DNA from: a virus
Lineage: Duplodnaviria > Caudoviricetes
Direction: 5' to 3' (one strand)
IMG/VR virus record: IMGVR_UViG_3300037714_000131
Span: 19,911-83,910 of that record
DNA length: 64,000 bases
Below, in pieces: positions 45,170 through 56,700 of the stretch. The position numbers and the translations under genes are program-made. Each line of letters starts with the position of its first letter. The stretch's first letter is position 1. Under the pieces are notes generated by a model. The model had not been told where the DNA came from, ran no database searches, and worked only from the letters and a program-made list of their open reading frames with translations.

Positions 45170-46515
45170 CTGTCGCATCTGAAACATCAAAGATCAGCTA
45201 TGCTGGCGACGGATCAACCGACGAATTCGCCGTCACCTTCAAATACACGGCGAAGAGCCAGATACAGGCCATCCTGTCTGATGCGAGCGGCGATGAAACC
45301 ATCTGGGTCGAAGACACCCAATACACGTTGACGGGTGCAGGCGCGAGCGGCACGCTGACGGTATCGGCGTCTCAGTACATTCCCGCCATCGGAGAAACGC
45401 TGACGATCAGGCGCAAGCCAACACTGACGCAAAGTTCCGATTACATCACTGGCGGTGGACTGACTGCGGAAGGCGTCGAGGCGGATTTCGACACTCGCAC
45501 GATCCAGGTCCAGTGGGTGTTCGAAAACGTCAGCCGTGCGCCGAAGCTGCGCGCCGGATCGCAATCGACGACGCCGACGTTTCCTGAGCCATCAGCAGGC
45601 AAGCTGGTCGGATGGAATTCTGACGGCGACGATCTCGAAAACAAAGCCATTGCCGACATCAGCGACGATCTTACGTCGGTATCTGCTCCGCTCGATCTGA
45701 CGGCAGGCGTCCTCAGCGTCGGCACGGCATCTGAGTCTGCGACTGGCGTCATTCGCCGCGCTACTGTCGCCATTGCCGGGACGGGGACAAACACGGATCG
45801 CGCCGTGACGCCTGCAGGATTGTACCCCGCCTATGCCGATGTCGCATCTGCAACGACAACGGACATCGGCGCGGCAACGACCGACAAGGTGCGCATCACC
45901 GGCACGACGACGATTACCGGGTTTGGCACGGCGAATGCCGGCATCAAGCGTAAGATCAGATTTGCCGCCGTGCTGACGCTGACGCATCACGCAACGGCGC
46001 TGATCCTGCCGTCGGGCGCAAACATCACAACCGCCGCAAATGATTGTTGCGAGGCGCATTCGCTCGGCTCCGGCAACTGGATTGTCGTTGATTATCAAAG
46101 AGCGGACGGCAAGGCCATCGTTGCCGGAGAAGTGGCTGACGATACATCTCCCACTCTCGGCGGCGATCTCGATGGCGATGGCAACACGATAGAGAATTTC
46201 AAGAACGGCTACAAGGACGAGACCGGGACAACCTACGAGTTCCTGGCGAGCGACACCGGCAAGGTAATCACCTTCACCAATGGTAGCGCGATCACAACGA
46301 CCGTTCCGAACGATCTGCCGAAAGGCTGGGGCGTGACCTGCATTCAACTCGGAGCCGGACAAGTAACGTTCTCACCAGAAGCTGGAACAACGATCAACAA
46401 CCGCCAGAGTCATGACAAGATCGCTGGTCAGTACGGGATGGCGTTGCTTTCGGTCTACGCCAATTCGGATAATGAAAGCGCCACGCTTGCCCTTGGCGGG
46501 GACACTGCCTCATGA
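45166..46515 (+). CDS. Tail fibre (T7 gp17-like N-terminal adaptor)
   Basis: YAGDGSTDEFAVTFKY...LTIRRKPTLTQ N-terminus. Confidence 0.85.
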   Translation: MTVASETSKISYAGDGSTDEFAVTFKYTAKSQIQAILSDASGDETIWVEDTQYTLTGAGASGTLTVSASQYIPAIGETLTIRRKPTLTQSSDYITGGGLTAEGVEADFDTRTIQVQWVFENVSRAPKLRAGSQSTTPTFPEPSAGKLVGWNSDGDDLENKAIADISDDLTSVSAPLDLTAGVLSVGTASESATGVIRRATVAIAGTGTNTDRAVTPAGLYPAYADVASATTTDIGAATTDKVRITGTTTITGFGTANAGIKRKIRFAAVLTLTHHATALILPSGANITTAANDCCEAHSLGSGNWIVVDYQRADGKAIVAGEVADDTSPTLGGDLDGDGNTIENFKNGYKDETGTTYEFLASDTGKVITFTNGSAITTTVPNDLPKGWGVTCIQLGAGQVTFSPEAGTTINNRQSHDKIAGQYGMALLSVYANSDNESATLALGGDTAS

Positions 46516-47165
46516 CGTTGCTCCTACCTGCCGCGCACCTGCATGTCGGTGGAGCCGCCGTGACAACGCTATCATTCGTCGATGCGGTAACAACAGACAA
46601 TCAGTCGCTAACAGCAATGACGGGAATTAATGCGGGAGATCTGCTGGTCTGGCATGACTATGCCGCATTCGCGTTAAGTCCGGTGGTGCCGTCCGGATTT
46701 ACACAAATCGGCACTACTCAGTCATTAAACGAAGCCGATGCGGTGACTGCCTATAAGATCGCAATCGGCAACGAGAGTGGCACACTCATATCAGGCATGA
46801 ATGGTTCTGAAGTCGAGCTTAAGTTATTGCTCCAATTCAGGGGAAATTCACCGATCACCGTTGTTGCGGATCAAGATATCGCTCAACAAATTACAGACGG
46901 AAACCCTGCATCGCAAACCTGCAATGCATCAGGCGGTGCTGTTCCTTTGATTGTATTCGGCACTTACGCTTCTATTGTTAGACCGGTAGATCCAAGGACG
47001 TTCAGTCCTGCTGCGGATGGCGAACATAGCATTGCGGCTTTCAGTGGTGCGCAAGCGGTTGTGAAATATAAAATATATAACTCATCGCCACAAGACATAT
47101 CCATAGATATGAATGATGAAGGCTCAAATAATGTACTTCAAAGTTTTTTCCTTGAGGTGGAATGA
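46512..47165 (+). CDS. Tail-fibre-associated/receptor-binding protein
   Basis: Beta-rich, lower GC, coupled to the fibre. Confidence 0.55.
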   Translation: MTLLLPAAHLHVGGAAVTTLSFVDAVTTDNQSLTAMTGINAGDLLVWHDYAAFALSPVVPSGFTQIGTTQSLNEADAVTAYKIAIGNESGTLISGMNGSEVELKLLLQFRGNSPITVVADQDIAQQITDGNPASQTCNASGGAVPLIVFGTYASIVRPVDPRTFSPAADGEHSIAAFSGAQAVVKYKIYNSSPQDISIDMNDEGSNNVLQSFFLEVE

Positions 47166-47234
47166 TCTACATATGATTTACGAGTATTTCAAGGAAGATT
47201 TCGAAACTTTCGGATACGCGCGATAGCCTCCTGA

Positions 47235-47663
47235 ATGCAGATCATAGAGTTCCAGGGTCATCATCTCGAAGAATTGCGAGATTTTGCGGGGCAGGAATGG
47301 ATCAGCACTTATCTCGATCGCTTCTCACCTGCTCAATACAAGGATGAAGGCCCGTGCTTTTCCGGCGCGGTCTCCGGTGAGATCATCGGATGCGCTGGCG
47401 TTATCGCCGTGAACGATTACCGCGCCATAGCATGGGCCATTCTGGCTAGCGGCGCAACGCAGCACTTCACGGCCGTCCATTGCGCGGTGAAGCGGTTTCT
47501 TGACGAAACGAGCTTCAAGCGCATCGAAGCCTACACGGACACAGAGTTTCCCGAAGCGGCACGCTGGGTCAAGGCGCTCGGTTTCACACTCGAAGCTGAA
47601 GCGCTTCGCTATTTCCAGCCCGACGGGCGTTCAGCCTCGCTCTGGGCCAAGCTGAAAGATTAG
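47235..47663 (+). CDS. GNAT-fold internal virion protein (T7 gp13-like)
   Basis: IIGCAGVI...ARWVKALGFTLE; conserved position. Confidence 0.75.
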   Translation: MQIIEFQGHHLEELRDFAGQEWISTYLDRFSPAQYKDEGPCFSGAVSGEIIGCAGVIAVNDYRAIAWAILASGATQHFTAVHCAVKRFLDETSFKRIEAYTDTEFPEAARWVKALGFTLEAEALRYFQPDGRSASLWAKLKD

Positions 47664-47675
47664 AGACCACACAAC

Positions 47676-48185
47676 ATGGCATTCCTTTTACCGATAGCTG
47701 GTGCGGCCGGCGGCGTCGCCGGCGCGGCTGGCGGTCTGGGGTCGATCCTCGGATTTGCGGGCACGATCCTGTCGGCTGTCGGCTCCATGCAGCAGGCCAA
47801 GGCGCAACAGCGCGCATCGGAATATAACGCCAAGATGGCGGAAGTCGAGGCCGCTGGCGAACGCGATGCCGCGAGTGCGGAAGCCGACGATTACCGCCGC
47901 AAGCAGCGAGGCGCAAGGGCGGGCGCGATTGCCGAGCGCGCGGCATCTGGCGTGCAGCTCTCAGGTACGCCGCTCCTGATCGATGAGGATATTCTCGGTG
48001 AAATCGATCTTGGCGCAGCCCGAATCGGGCATCAGGGGCAGACGCGCGCCACCGGACTTGAGAACGAGGCGAAACTGGAAAAAGCCAAGGCGAAGAATTA
48101 CGGGCAGGCAGGGAAGCTTTCCATGCTGACAGGATTTGCGAAGGCTGGGTCAAGCCTGCTCGGCGGTGCAAGGAGTTTCTCCTGA
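47676..48185 (+). CDS. Internal virion/ejection protein (T7 gp14-like)
   Basis: Gly/Ala-rich N-terminus and AASGVQLSGTPL. Confidence 0.8.
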   Translation: MAFLLPIAGAAGGVAGAAGGLGSILGFAGTILSAVGSMQQAKAQQRASEYNAKMAEVEAAGERDAASAEADDYRRKQRGARAGAIAERAASGVQLSGTPLLIDEDILGEIDLGAARIGHQGQTRATGLENEAKLEKAKAKNYGQAGKLSMLTGFAKAGSSLLGGARSFS

Positions 48186-50669
48186 ATGGCGAAGGTTTTT
48201 TCAGCTTCGGATATCGCATCTATCTCTCCGGCGCGCCCAACGCAATCACGGGCGGGCGCGGCGTCGTTTGGCGCACCCCAAGGTGCGGCCCTTGAAGGTT
48301 TCGGCAACGTCATCGATGCGCTTGGCGCAAGGATCGCTAAGGAAGACGCGAACAAGCAAGGCGTGGAAGACAGCGCATTCCTTGATCATGTCGATATGGA
48401 ATTGGATCTGGGTTATCAGGGCATATTCGACGAAGAAAAGGGTAACATTACCGGCGGACAGCCCGTCACGCCGGCTGTGCGCAGCCGGTTCGAAGAGGCG
48501 ACACCCGAGATTGTTGAGCGCGTCCGCGCCAAATATGGCTACCGGCCGAGTGAAGACGCTCTTGCCAAAGTGGAAAGGCTGTCGGTTAAGAACCAGCACA
48601 GCCACCTCAAAAGAGCCGCCGTTTACGAGCACAATGAGCGCATTCGCTATCTGGGCGAAAGGGTTATCGAAACCACCGCCCTTATCGCCAACAAGGGCGC
48701 GCAGAGCGGGGACATCGAAGGCGCGCTGACCCGGATCGATCAGTCCATCAATGACAATGCCGCAGTCTTTGGCCCGGACAAGGTTGCCGATGTTCGCCAG
48801 AAAGCGGCGGAAACACTGCTTGAGCAAATACGCGCCAATCAAGATCCCGAAGCCGTCGCGGAAATGACTAGGGACTATATCAACCGCTATCGCGATCGCG
48901 GCGACAAGAAGGTCGAGGTCGAAGCCGGTACGGGTCGCGCCGGGATGGCGGCACCCACGCAGAGCGCCGATGATGCGGCTATTGCGGCGATCTCCGTCCG
49001 GCTCGAAACAGGCAAGACAGATCCGCTTGAAGGCGTCAGCCAGGTCGCTCGGGATAGCGGCGGCTCGAAGTCTTACGGCAATTTCGGACTGAACTCCGGC
49101 GGTTCCGCTCAGCGGTTCGCCAAGGAATACGGCAAGCCGTTCGGACTGACCGCTGAACCGGGCACGGCAGAATTCGATGCGCAGTGGCGCAATGCAGCGG
49201 GCGCGGCTCCTGACGAACTTCATGCCGCGGAAATGGACTGGTACGGCAAGAATATCCTGTCTGACATCAAGACGAAACTGAAGGGAACCGGGCTCCCCGA
49301 TGTCGTCGCCAATGACCCGCGCGTAAAAGCCTACTTTGCCGACCGTTCGATACAGCAGGGACCGTCGTCGATCGACGGTATGAAGAAGCACAAGGCGCGC
49401 ATCAAGGCATCGTATGATGCGGCCGATGGTGATGTTGCTGCGTTTCTGGACAATATCACCGAAGCTGACCGTGTAGCAATCGGAAGGGATTTCCCAACCG
49501 CTTTGCGCACCGGCGTTTATTCGGATAGCGGCCACGATACCCGGCTGAACGGACGGCTTGGCATGGCGCTTGCGGTCGGCGACCGTGTCGCGGCCACGCA
49601 AGGGGAAGAAACCCTTGAAGGTCATTTCGTCCGTGAACTCATTGACAAGCAGGGAGAAATTCAGAGAAGCGTCCGCAGCGCCTATTCTGCGCTGAAAGAG
49701 GAAATGCACCAGGCGCTGGACGACGATGTCCGTTCGATCCGCGAAACGGGCGTCAGCACGAACCCCGATCTTGAGAAGGCAAGCAAGGCGCTCACCGCGA
49801 ACCGGCTCAAGAAACACGAGTTGGATCGACAGGAAGCCATCATGGAGTTCAATGCTCTCGATGGCATCGAAGCCTTGCCGGAACAGGATTTGCAGGAACG
49901 GCTGAACAATCTCGAACCTGATCCCGGCGAAACTTTTTACGAGATGAAGGCCAAATCGTTCGCGAAGGCGATGACCCGCGCCGACAAGATCCGCGACCTG
50001 CGCGAAAGAGACCCTGCCAGCGCCGTATCCAGTTTGCCCGATGTGCAGGTTGCCGAGCAAGGCGTCCGTGAAAATCCCGGCGATCCGCAGTTCGTCCAGG
50101 CACTTGTCAAGGCGCGCATGGATGCGCAAGCGGAAGTCATGCCTGACAGTGAGGGCTTGTGGTCACCGATCACGAAACAGGAATCCCGCGTCATACTCGC
50201 CCCGACAAAAGGGCTTGAAGGCAACGCGCTCTACAAATCACTGGAAGAAGTTCAGGCCAAGTTCGAAGAGCAGTATGGACCCTATGCCCGCGTCGCCGCT
50301 GCAAAGGCGTTCGAATATGACGGACGCTCGAAAGAGACAGCGGAAGAACTTGCCGGGTTCGTCGATGGTCTGTTCAAGGGTGAGAAGATCTCCGCATCGC
50401 AGATCCGGCGGCTTGAGTTCCTGAACGAGACCGATCTTGCAACACGCGCATTCGGCGGGGATTTCGTCGGCGATCCGGTGCGGCAGTATCAGGGGCGGCC
50501 GGAAGGACCGGAGACCGGCATGCCGCTGCAGGTCAATCCAGCGAACGCCTACCGCATGCGCAAGCCGCCGAAAGCGGCAATCGACGCACTGCAAGCCAAT
50601 CCAGAACTGCGTGATCAGTTCGATGAGTTTTACGGAAGCGGTTCGGCCGAACGCGTGCTCGTCCAGTGA
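48186..50669 (+). CDS. Internal virion/ejection protein with lysozyme-like domain
   Basis: ISVRLETG...DSGGSKSYGNFGLNS segment resembles tail-associated muramidase folds. Confidence 0.7.
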   Translation: MAKVFSASDIASISPARPTQSRAGAASFGAPQGAALEGFGNVIDALGARIAKEDANKQGVEDSAFLDHVDMELDLGYQGIFDEEKGNITGGQPVTPAVRSRFEEATPEIVERVRAKYGYRPSEDALAKVERLSVKNQHSHLKRAAVYEHNERIRYLGERVIETTALIANKGAQSGDIEGALTRIDQSINDNAAVFGPDKVADVRQKAAETLLEQIRANQDPEAVAEMTRDYINRYRDRGDKKVEVEAGTGRAGMAAPTQSADDAAIAAISVRLETGKTDPLEGVSQVARDSGGSKSYGNFGLNSGGSAQRFAKEYGKPFGLTAEPGTAEFDAQWRNAAGAAPDELHAAEMDWYGKNILSDIKTKLKGTGLPDVVANDPRVKAYFADRSIQQGPSSIDGMKKHKARIKASYDAADGDVAAFLDNITEADRVAIGRDFPTALRTGVYSDSGHDTRLNGRLGMALAVGDRVAATQGEETLEGHFVRELIDKQGEIQRSVRSAYSALKEEMHQALDDDVRSIRETGVSTNPDLEKASKALTANRLKKHELDRQEAIMEFNALDGIEALPEQDLQERLNNLEPDPGETFYEMKAKSFAKAMTRADKIRDLRERDPASAVSSLPDVQVAEQGVRENPGDPQFVQALVKARMDAQAEVMPDSEGLWSPITKQESRVILAPTKGLEGNALYKSLEEVQAKFEEQYGPYARVAAAKAFEYDGRSKETAEELAGFVDGLFKGEKISASQIRRLEFLNETDLATRAFGGDFVGDPVRQYQGRPEGPETGMPLQVNPANAYRMRKPPKAAIDALQANPELRDQFDEFYGSGSAERVLVQ

Positions 50670-50701
50670 TCATCATCATTTCCAATCGCAAAGGCTGACC
50701 T

Positions 50702-53700
50702 TTGGCAGAGAACATATTTGAGCAGTTCGGCTTTGATGACGACGAAGCCGAACCGATCACGCGCGACGTTCCCAGCGAGGGGCCGAAGAACTTTTTCAGC
50801 GTGTACGACCGCGAGCCGGACGCCGTCGAAGTTGTCACGCCTGAACCGCCTGCGCCGGTCACGCAGGATCAGCCATTCGAGCCCGTTGCCGGCGTCAAGG
50901 TCAACTGGCTTGCCGACGAACATTACGAACGCATTGCCCGTGAGAACGCCGAACGCAAGCGGCGCGAGAAGGAAACGCTGGACAAGCAGCGCGGCGATGG
51001 CTTTCTTGAAGGTATAACCGATCTGCAGCAATATGGCGAGTTCGCGAAAGGCGTTGTCCCCGGCGCGATCCGGTTTGCGGGAACGTCGGCAAAGGGCGTC
51101 GCCGGTATCCAGCAGGCATCATCGCTCGCGTCGCAGACTGACGCCCAGCGTCAGTTGGCGATTGTCGATAGTCTGGATCGCGGCGAACAGCCTGCGGACG
51201 CAACCGGCTTTGAGATCGAAATATCCGCCTACGGGCAGATGACGCCGGAGCAGAAACAGGCTTACCGTCAGAAGCTTCAAGGGCAGTCCACATCGCCGCG
51301 CACGCCGCTTGAAGACCGTACATTCTATCAGACCGGCGAAAGCCTGACAGAATATGCGCAAGGGCTGTTCCCGGCGGCGCAAGGATATGACGAAGCAGTC
51401 GGCCGTCAGCTTGGTGAGGGCATCGGTTCGATGCTGGCCGGATTGCCTGCTGGTTTCCTCGGCCGTGTTCCGGCACTAGTCTTCTTCGGCTCCGGTGGAT
51501 CTGGCGAAGCGCTCGAACGCGCCGTCCAGCACGACAAGACGGAGAAGAAAGCCGGGCGGCCCGGTCTCACCGAAGAACAGCTTGCGACCGCAACGCTCTG
51601 GGGCATCGGTCCCGGCGCCACCGATCTGCTGCCGGTGGAAACCCTTCTTGGGCGTCTCAAGATCCCGCAGCCGTTCCGCGGACCCATCGCCAGAGCCATT
51701 GGTCGCATCGGTGGCCAGGCGTTCGTCGAGGGTATGCAGGAAGCCGGACAGGCGTTTCTCCAGAACCTGATTTCGCAGCAGGTCTACAACGACAGCCAGA
51801 CACTTGGCGAGGGCGTTGTTCCGGAAGGCGGGCTTGGCGCAGGCGTTGGCGCACTCGCAGAAACCGGGCGCATGCTCATTGCCCGCTTTGCCGGACGCAA
51901 GAAGCCCGGCGGCGCCCCGGCAACCGACGACGATCTGACCCTTGAAGAAATCGCCGAAGCCATCGACAATCCTATGGATCAAGGGCAGCAGGTTGCCCGT
52001 GAAACGAAGCAGGATAAGCTTGATGTAACGGAACAGGCTGGGGAGACGCTCCCAAAACTCGCGGAAGAAGGCAGGCGTCTTGTAAGTGCAACCCATCCAG
52101 ATTGGCAGGCTTTTGCCAAAGTGCACGGGAACGATGCAGCGATCGCTCTCGCTGCTGCACAGATGGACGGTGAAACCGTCACGTTGGATGAAATACTTCA
52201 AAGAGCAAAACTAGCCAGCGATGAAAGATCTGCTGAGCGCGCGGCCCAAGGCATTGCGGATCCCAGAGGGCAAACTGAACAGATCGCGCAGCCGCAAGCC
52301 ACAGAAGCGCACCCATACGACGCAGTGCCAGCCTCCGCGATCAATGGAGATCTTGTTCATAATTTGGGACGGTTCTTCGGCGAAGCTTACCAAGGGAAGC
52401 CCGTACTGCTTACCAACAACGGCTTCAGACCAGATGAGGTCGCAGCCCTTGAACGAGTTGGGATGGCCTCAGATGGTCATATGTCGCTCGAACAATTCCA
52501 ACTCTATGACCAGGAATATGGCTATCGCGTTAATCGGAGGATTGGCAAGGCAGTAGAGCGGGACTTCGGCCCCAAACCCCAGGCTAAACGTTTCCAGCGT
52601 CGCGGCGAGCGCCCGGCAGAGACACCCTCCGAGAATGTTATCCGCTTCATCCGTGAACGCGGCGGCATCCAGCCGTCCGGCGAAACTGATGCAATGGATG
52701 CCGGCCGCTATCCGGGGCTGGTCTCTCAGCGCGGCATGACGCCAGATCAGGCGCGCGAAGCACTCGTTGAGGCTGGCTTTCTCACTGAATCCGGGGCAGA
52801 TGAAACTGCCGTCACGACGCCGAATGATGTCTACGATCTTCTCGACCGCGCCATTCGCGGCGAACGCGTCGTGCCTGTCGCAGAACAGGCTGCCGACCGT
52901 GAACGCATTGCGACAGAAGAAGCCTACGAATTTGACCGCGAACTTGAAGCAGCGGAGCAGAATTTCGTTTTCCCGGCGCTTGCCGAGATCGATGCCGAGA
53001 TCGGCGCGCCCGTTCTGGCCGATGCCTACCGCAAGCTATCGAACGACGACAAGGCTGAACTCATTGAGCGGTTCTCTCGCGAGGGAGAAGGCATTGACGC
53101 CATCCTCGAAGAGATGGCAATCCGCAATGAAGACGCGCCGACCATTGCAGCAATGGCGATCCGCCGCGGGGCGACGCCGGAACAGATCGAACAGCTTCGC
53201 GGCGTCATTCAGCAGGCGTCGCCAGAGCTTGCCACCGTATTCGATGAACTGGTGGCATCGTTGCCGAAACCGAGGCAGGCGAAAGCCAGAAAGCCAGCCG
53301 CACCGGTTTCTGAAGCCGGTCGCAATGTTATCTCACGGCTTGAAGGTATCGGCAAGCAAGCGGAGCTTCGTTCAGCCGTTGAACAGCTCGGCCCGACGCT
53401 GAAGGCCGATGAATGGAAGTCCGTCGCATATGAAGTGACGGGGCGTAATTTCCCGAGCGGGAAACAGGCACGCCAAGCTGTTCTTGATCGTCTGAGTGAC
53501 AGACTGCTTATGGATGAGCGCGTTGAGGGCATCAAGCGGCTGTTCGGGCGCGAAGAACAACAGGAGCGACCGAGGCTCTCATTCCCAAAATCGATGTCCG
53601 CAAGGCCATCTCGCTACAGAACCGGCGGGCAGGCAGAGACAGCGCAAGCACCACAGCGCAAGGAAGTCGGATCGACCCTGACCGACTTTGCGCGCGCATC

Positions 53701-56700
53701 CAGCGCATCCGAGATAGCCGAGCGTTTCAACATCCTGCAGGAAGATGCCGCATCCCTTCTGGCGCGCAATGCGTTCACGGGCGAAGCGAAAACGATTGTC
53801 GAACGTCTGGCTGGAAAAGCCGCCGAAGCCAACACGCATGCCCAGAACAACGATTGGGAAGCCCTCGGGCAAGTCGTCGGCGACATGGTGGCTGATGCGG
53901 CAACGCTGACTGAACTCGACGCAAGGCCGACAGCAAGGGTCCTCACTCAGTGGGTTGACACTGCCAGCCGTCTGGCGCGAGAAGGCAATATTCCCATTCC
54001 GGAGCGGGCCGAAGCCGATCCGCAGCAGGTGCGCCGTCAGTTTGCCTCCATCCTGAACAGCAAGACCCCGCGTTCAAAATGGGCGTCTACCCTCGGAATA
54101 TCCGAAGAACAGCTTGCTCCGCTCATTGATGAAGCGGTAAGAAAAGGCTTCCTTCGCCGCGATAGAAACGGCAATGTCCGCCGTGTGCCGCAGTCCCAGA
54201 GATCGGGAAGCTTCGCGGCGATGGTGATCCCGGAGAATTTGCCCGATACGATCCCAGGTGTTGGCGATGTCGTGCTGACGCCGAAAGCAGAAGCCGCAAA
54301 GACCGAACTCCAAGCCGCCATCGACCGCGCCGCCGCAAAGATCCTCCCCGAAGCCGTCAGCATAGACGTTCGCGATAATATCGCAATCGCGACGCTAAGG
54401 CGAGAAGATCAGATGCTGGCGTTGCAGAGCGGCGGTCTTGCCGGGTACATGTACCGAGAGGCTGTATCGCGCGCAGAAGACCTTCGTTTAAGAGCATTTC
54501 AAGCCAAAACGGCGAAAGAGCGCGAGGGTTTAGTTCGAGCAGCACGAGAAGAGCTTGAGAAAGCAGATCGCATTCGCAGGAATTACCTTCAAACTGATAA
54601 CATGCTGGCTCTCCGTACAGGACGGGGGCAGACAGAATCCGATCCATCTGGTGAGGATGCAGAAGCGACCAGCGCCGCAAAGATCCTCCCCGAAGCCGTC
54701 AGCATAGACGTTCGCGATAATATCGCAATCGCGACGCTAAGGCGAGAAGATCAGATGCTGGCCCTCTCAGCGAGAGCACAGCAAAGCTGGCAGCAGCAGC
54801 TTCAGGCATTTCTCGACGGCGTGTTCTCGAACGAGTGGATCAATGGCGAAGGCTTTAAGGCTTATGTCCGCAAAAGCGAACGGCTCGATCCAAATACGGG
54901 TGAGGTGCTCCCGACACTGGATATTGCTTCAATTGAAGTCTCGCGCGAGCAGCGAGGACAAGGTACGTTCCGCGACGTATTGGCATCCGCTATCGAGACG
55001 GCCCAGCGCAACGGCATTCAGGCGGTCTATGTCGAAAATGTGCTGACCGATCAATTCGCGAGTTTCTTCCGTAACGCAGGCTGGACAGAAGACAGCCGTT
55101 ACGGCCCCCCATCGTTTCACCTGCGGATTGATACAGGCCGGGGGCAGACAGAATCCGATCCATCTGCTATAGTGGGTGAGGATACAGAAGCGACCAGCGC
55201 GGCTGAAATCAGCAACGAGCTTGACCGGATCGACACCGAACTCCGCAGCCTGTCCGCCGGGCTCGGTCGCATCATGCGCATCCCGTCAGCAAAGCGCGAA
55301 GAACGCCGCAAGGAACTTGTCAAAGAGCGTGGACGGCTGATTGAACTTTACCGCGACCTTCCGCTTGAGGCAAGGGCGGCACTCGCCGGTCGCAAGTCTG
55401 AAACGGCAGAATCACCACGCGTCAATGATAAAGGCTTCATTCTTCGTCTTCCATTCAAGGAACGCTGGGGCGATCCGCGATTCAACGATGCCGATCAGGT
55501 TCGGGCCATAGGCCGATTGCGCGAAATCCAACAGATGGATGTCAAGAATGCAAGTTGGGCAGATCTTGTCCAGGCACGCAACGACATCAACGAGATAACT
55601 GCGCAATTATTCTATTACGAGCCTGATGTGGACTTGTCGCCATATACTTACGAAGGCGATCTTTATGGGTATTTGCAGGACCTGCGCGGCTTCTCGCTTC
55701 CTGAGGGTTTCCGGCCATCAATTTTTTCCGCAACCGATCTGAGTCCGGAAATCCGTGACATCGTCGCAGAAGGCAAGGCTGCAATCGACAATATCGCGGC
55801 ATCGAAGCGGCGCGGCATTGAAAACTTCCTGGTATTTGGTGACACGCCACGGCTACGCAAGACGGCCGAGATCGATCCCGCCATGATTGGCGAAACGCAG
55901 CGCTCCGGTTTCTTCTTCCTCGCCGCGCGCAAGCTGGCCGACGTGCCGGACGCCTTGTTCCAGCAGGGCGGGCAGTCAGTTATCGATCATCTGCGTCAGG
56001 CCGGCGTCAAGCGCGCCGAAATCGAACATTTCCAACTAGGAGAATTGGCCGGGGAAAAAACCGTCACGCGAGAAGCCTTCCAGAAGAAGATCGCCGAACG
56101 GATGTTCGATTTCCGGCAGAAAACGTCATGGCTTAATCCGGAGCGCTCACGGAAGGATTACGAGTTTGGCGGCACCCGGGCCTTTCGCGGACCGCGCATT
56201 CCCGGACGAGGTGTTTATTTCGAGCGCCTGATGGCATTCCCGAAGAAGCTGAAGGGCGGCGAGCCATTTGCGCCGGGGCACTTTCAAAGCCCGCATTGGC
56301 AGGATGCACTTGCCGGAACGTGGGCGTCGTGGCGCGGTTCAACGCGCGATGTTCCCGGCTATGGAAAGATGGTTGTCGGCGAGGAAGGCCAGACCGATTA
56401 CATGCAGGGTGCATTAGGTCGGGGTGATGACTGGACCGGAAAGCGCCCTCGGATCAGCGAGAAAGAATATCTGGCGCTCAAGAAAGAGCGTGCGCTTTAC
56501 AAGAAGGTCGGCGATGAGATATCCGGTCTGATCTCGAACATCAATTATACGTCACGGATGCCATACGAAACAGGTCTGAGTTTAGACCGGGATCTGACGC
56601 CGGGTGAAGATTTTACAGAGGCAGCCAAGGAATCATGGCCGGAACGGATTGCACAACTGCGCGAGTTCGCAGGCGATGACGCCGAGTCGTTGAAGGCTGT

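Noticed and set aside
45166-47165. BPP-1-like diversity-generating retroelement acting on the tail fibre
   Set aside because: No RT or avd gene, and no TR/VR pair seen in the window.
48246-50129. 627-aa minus-strand ORF
   Set aside because: Antisense shadow of the internal virion protein gene.
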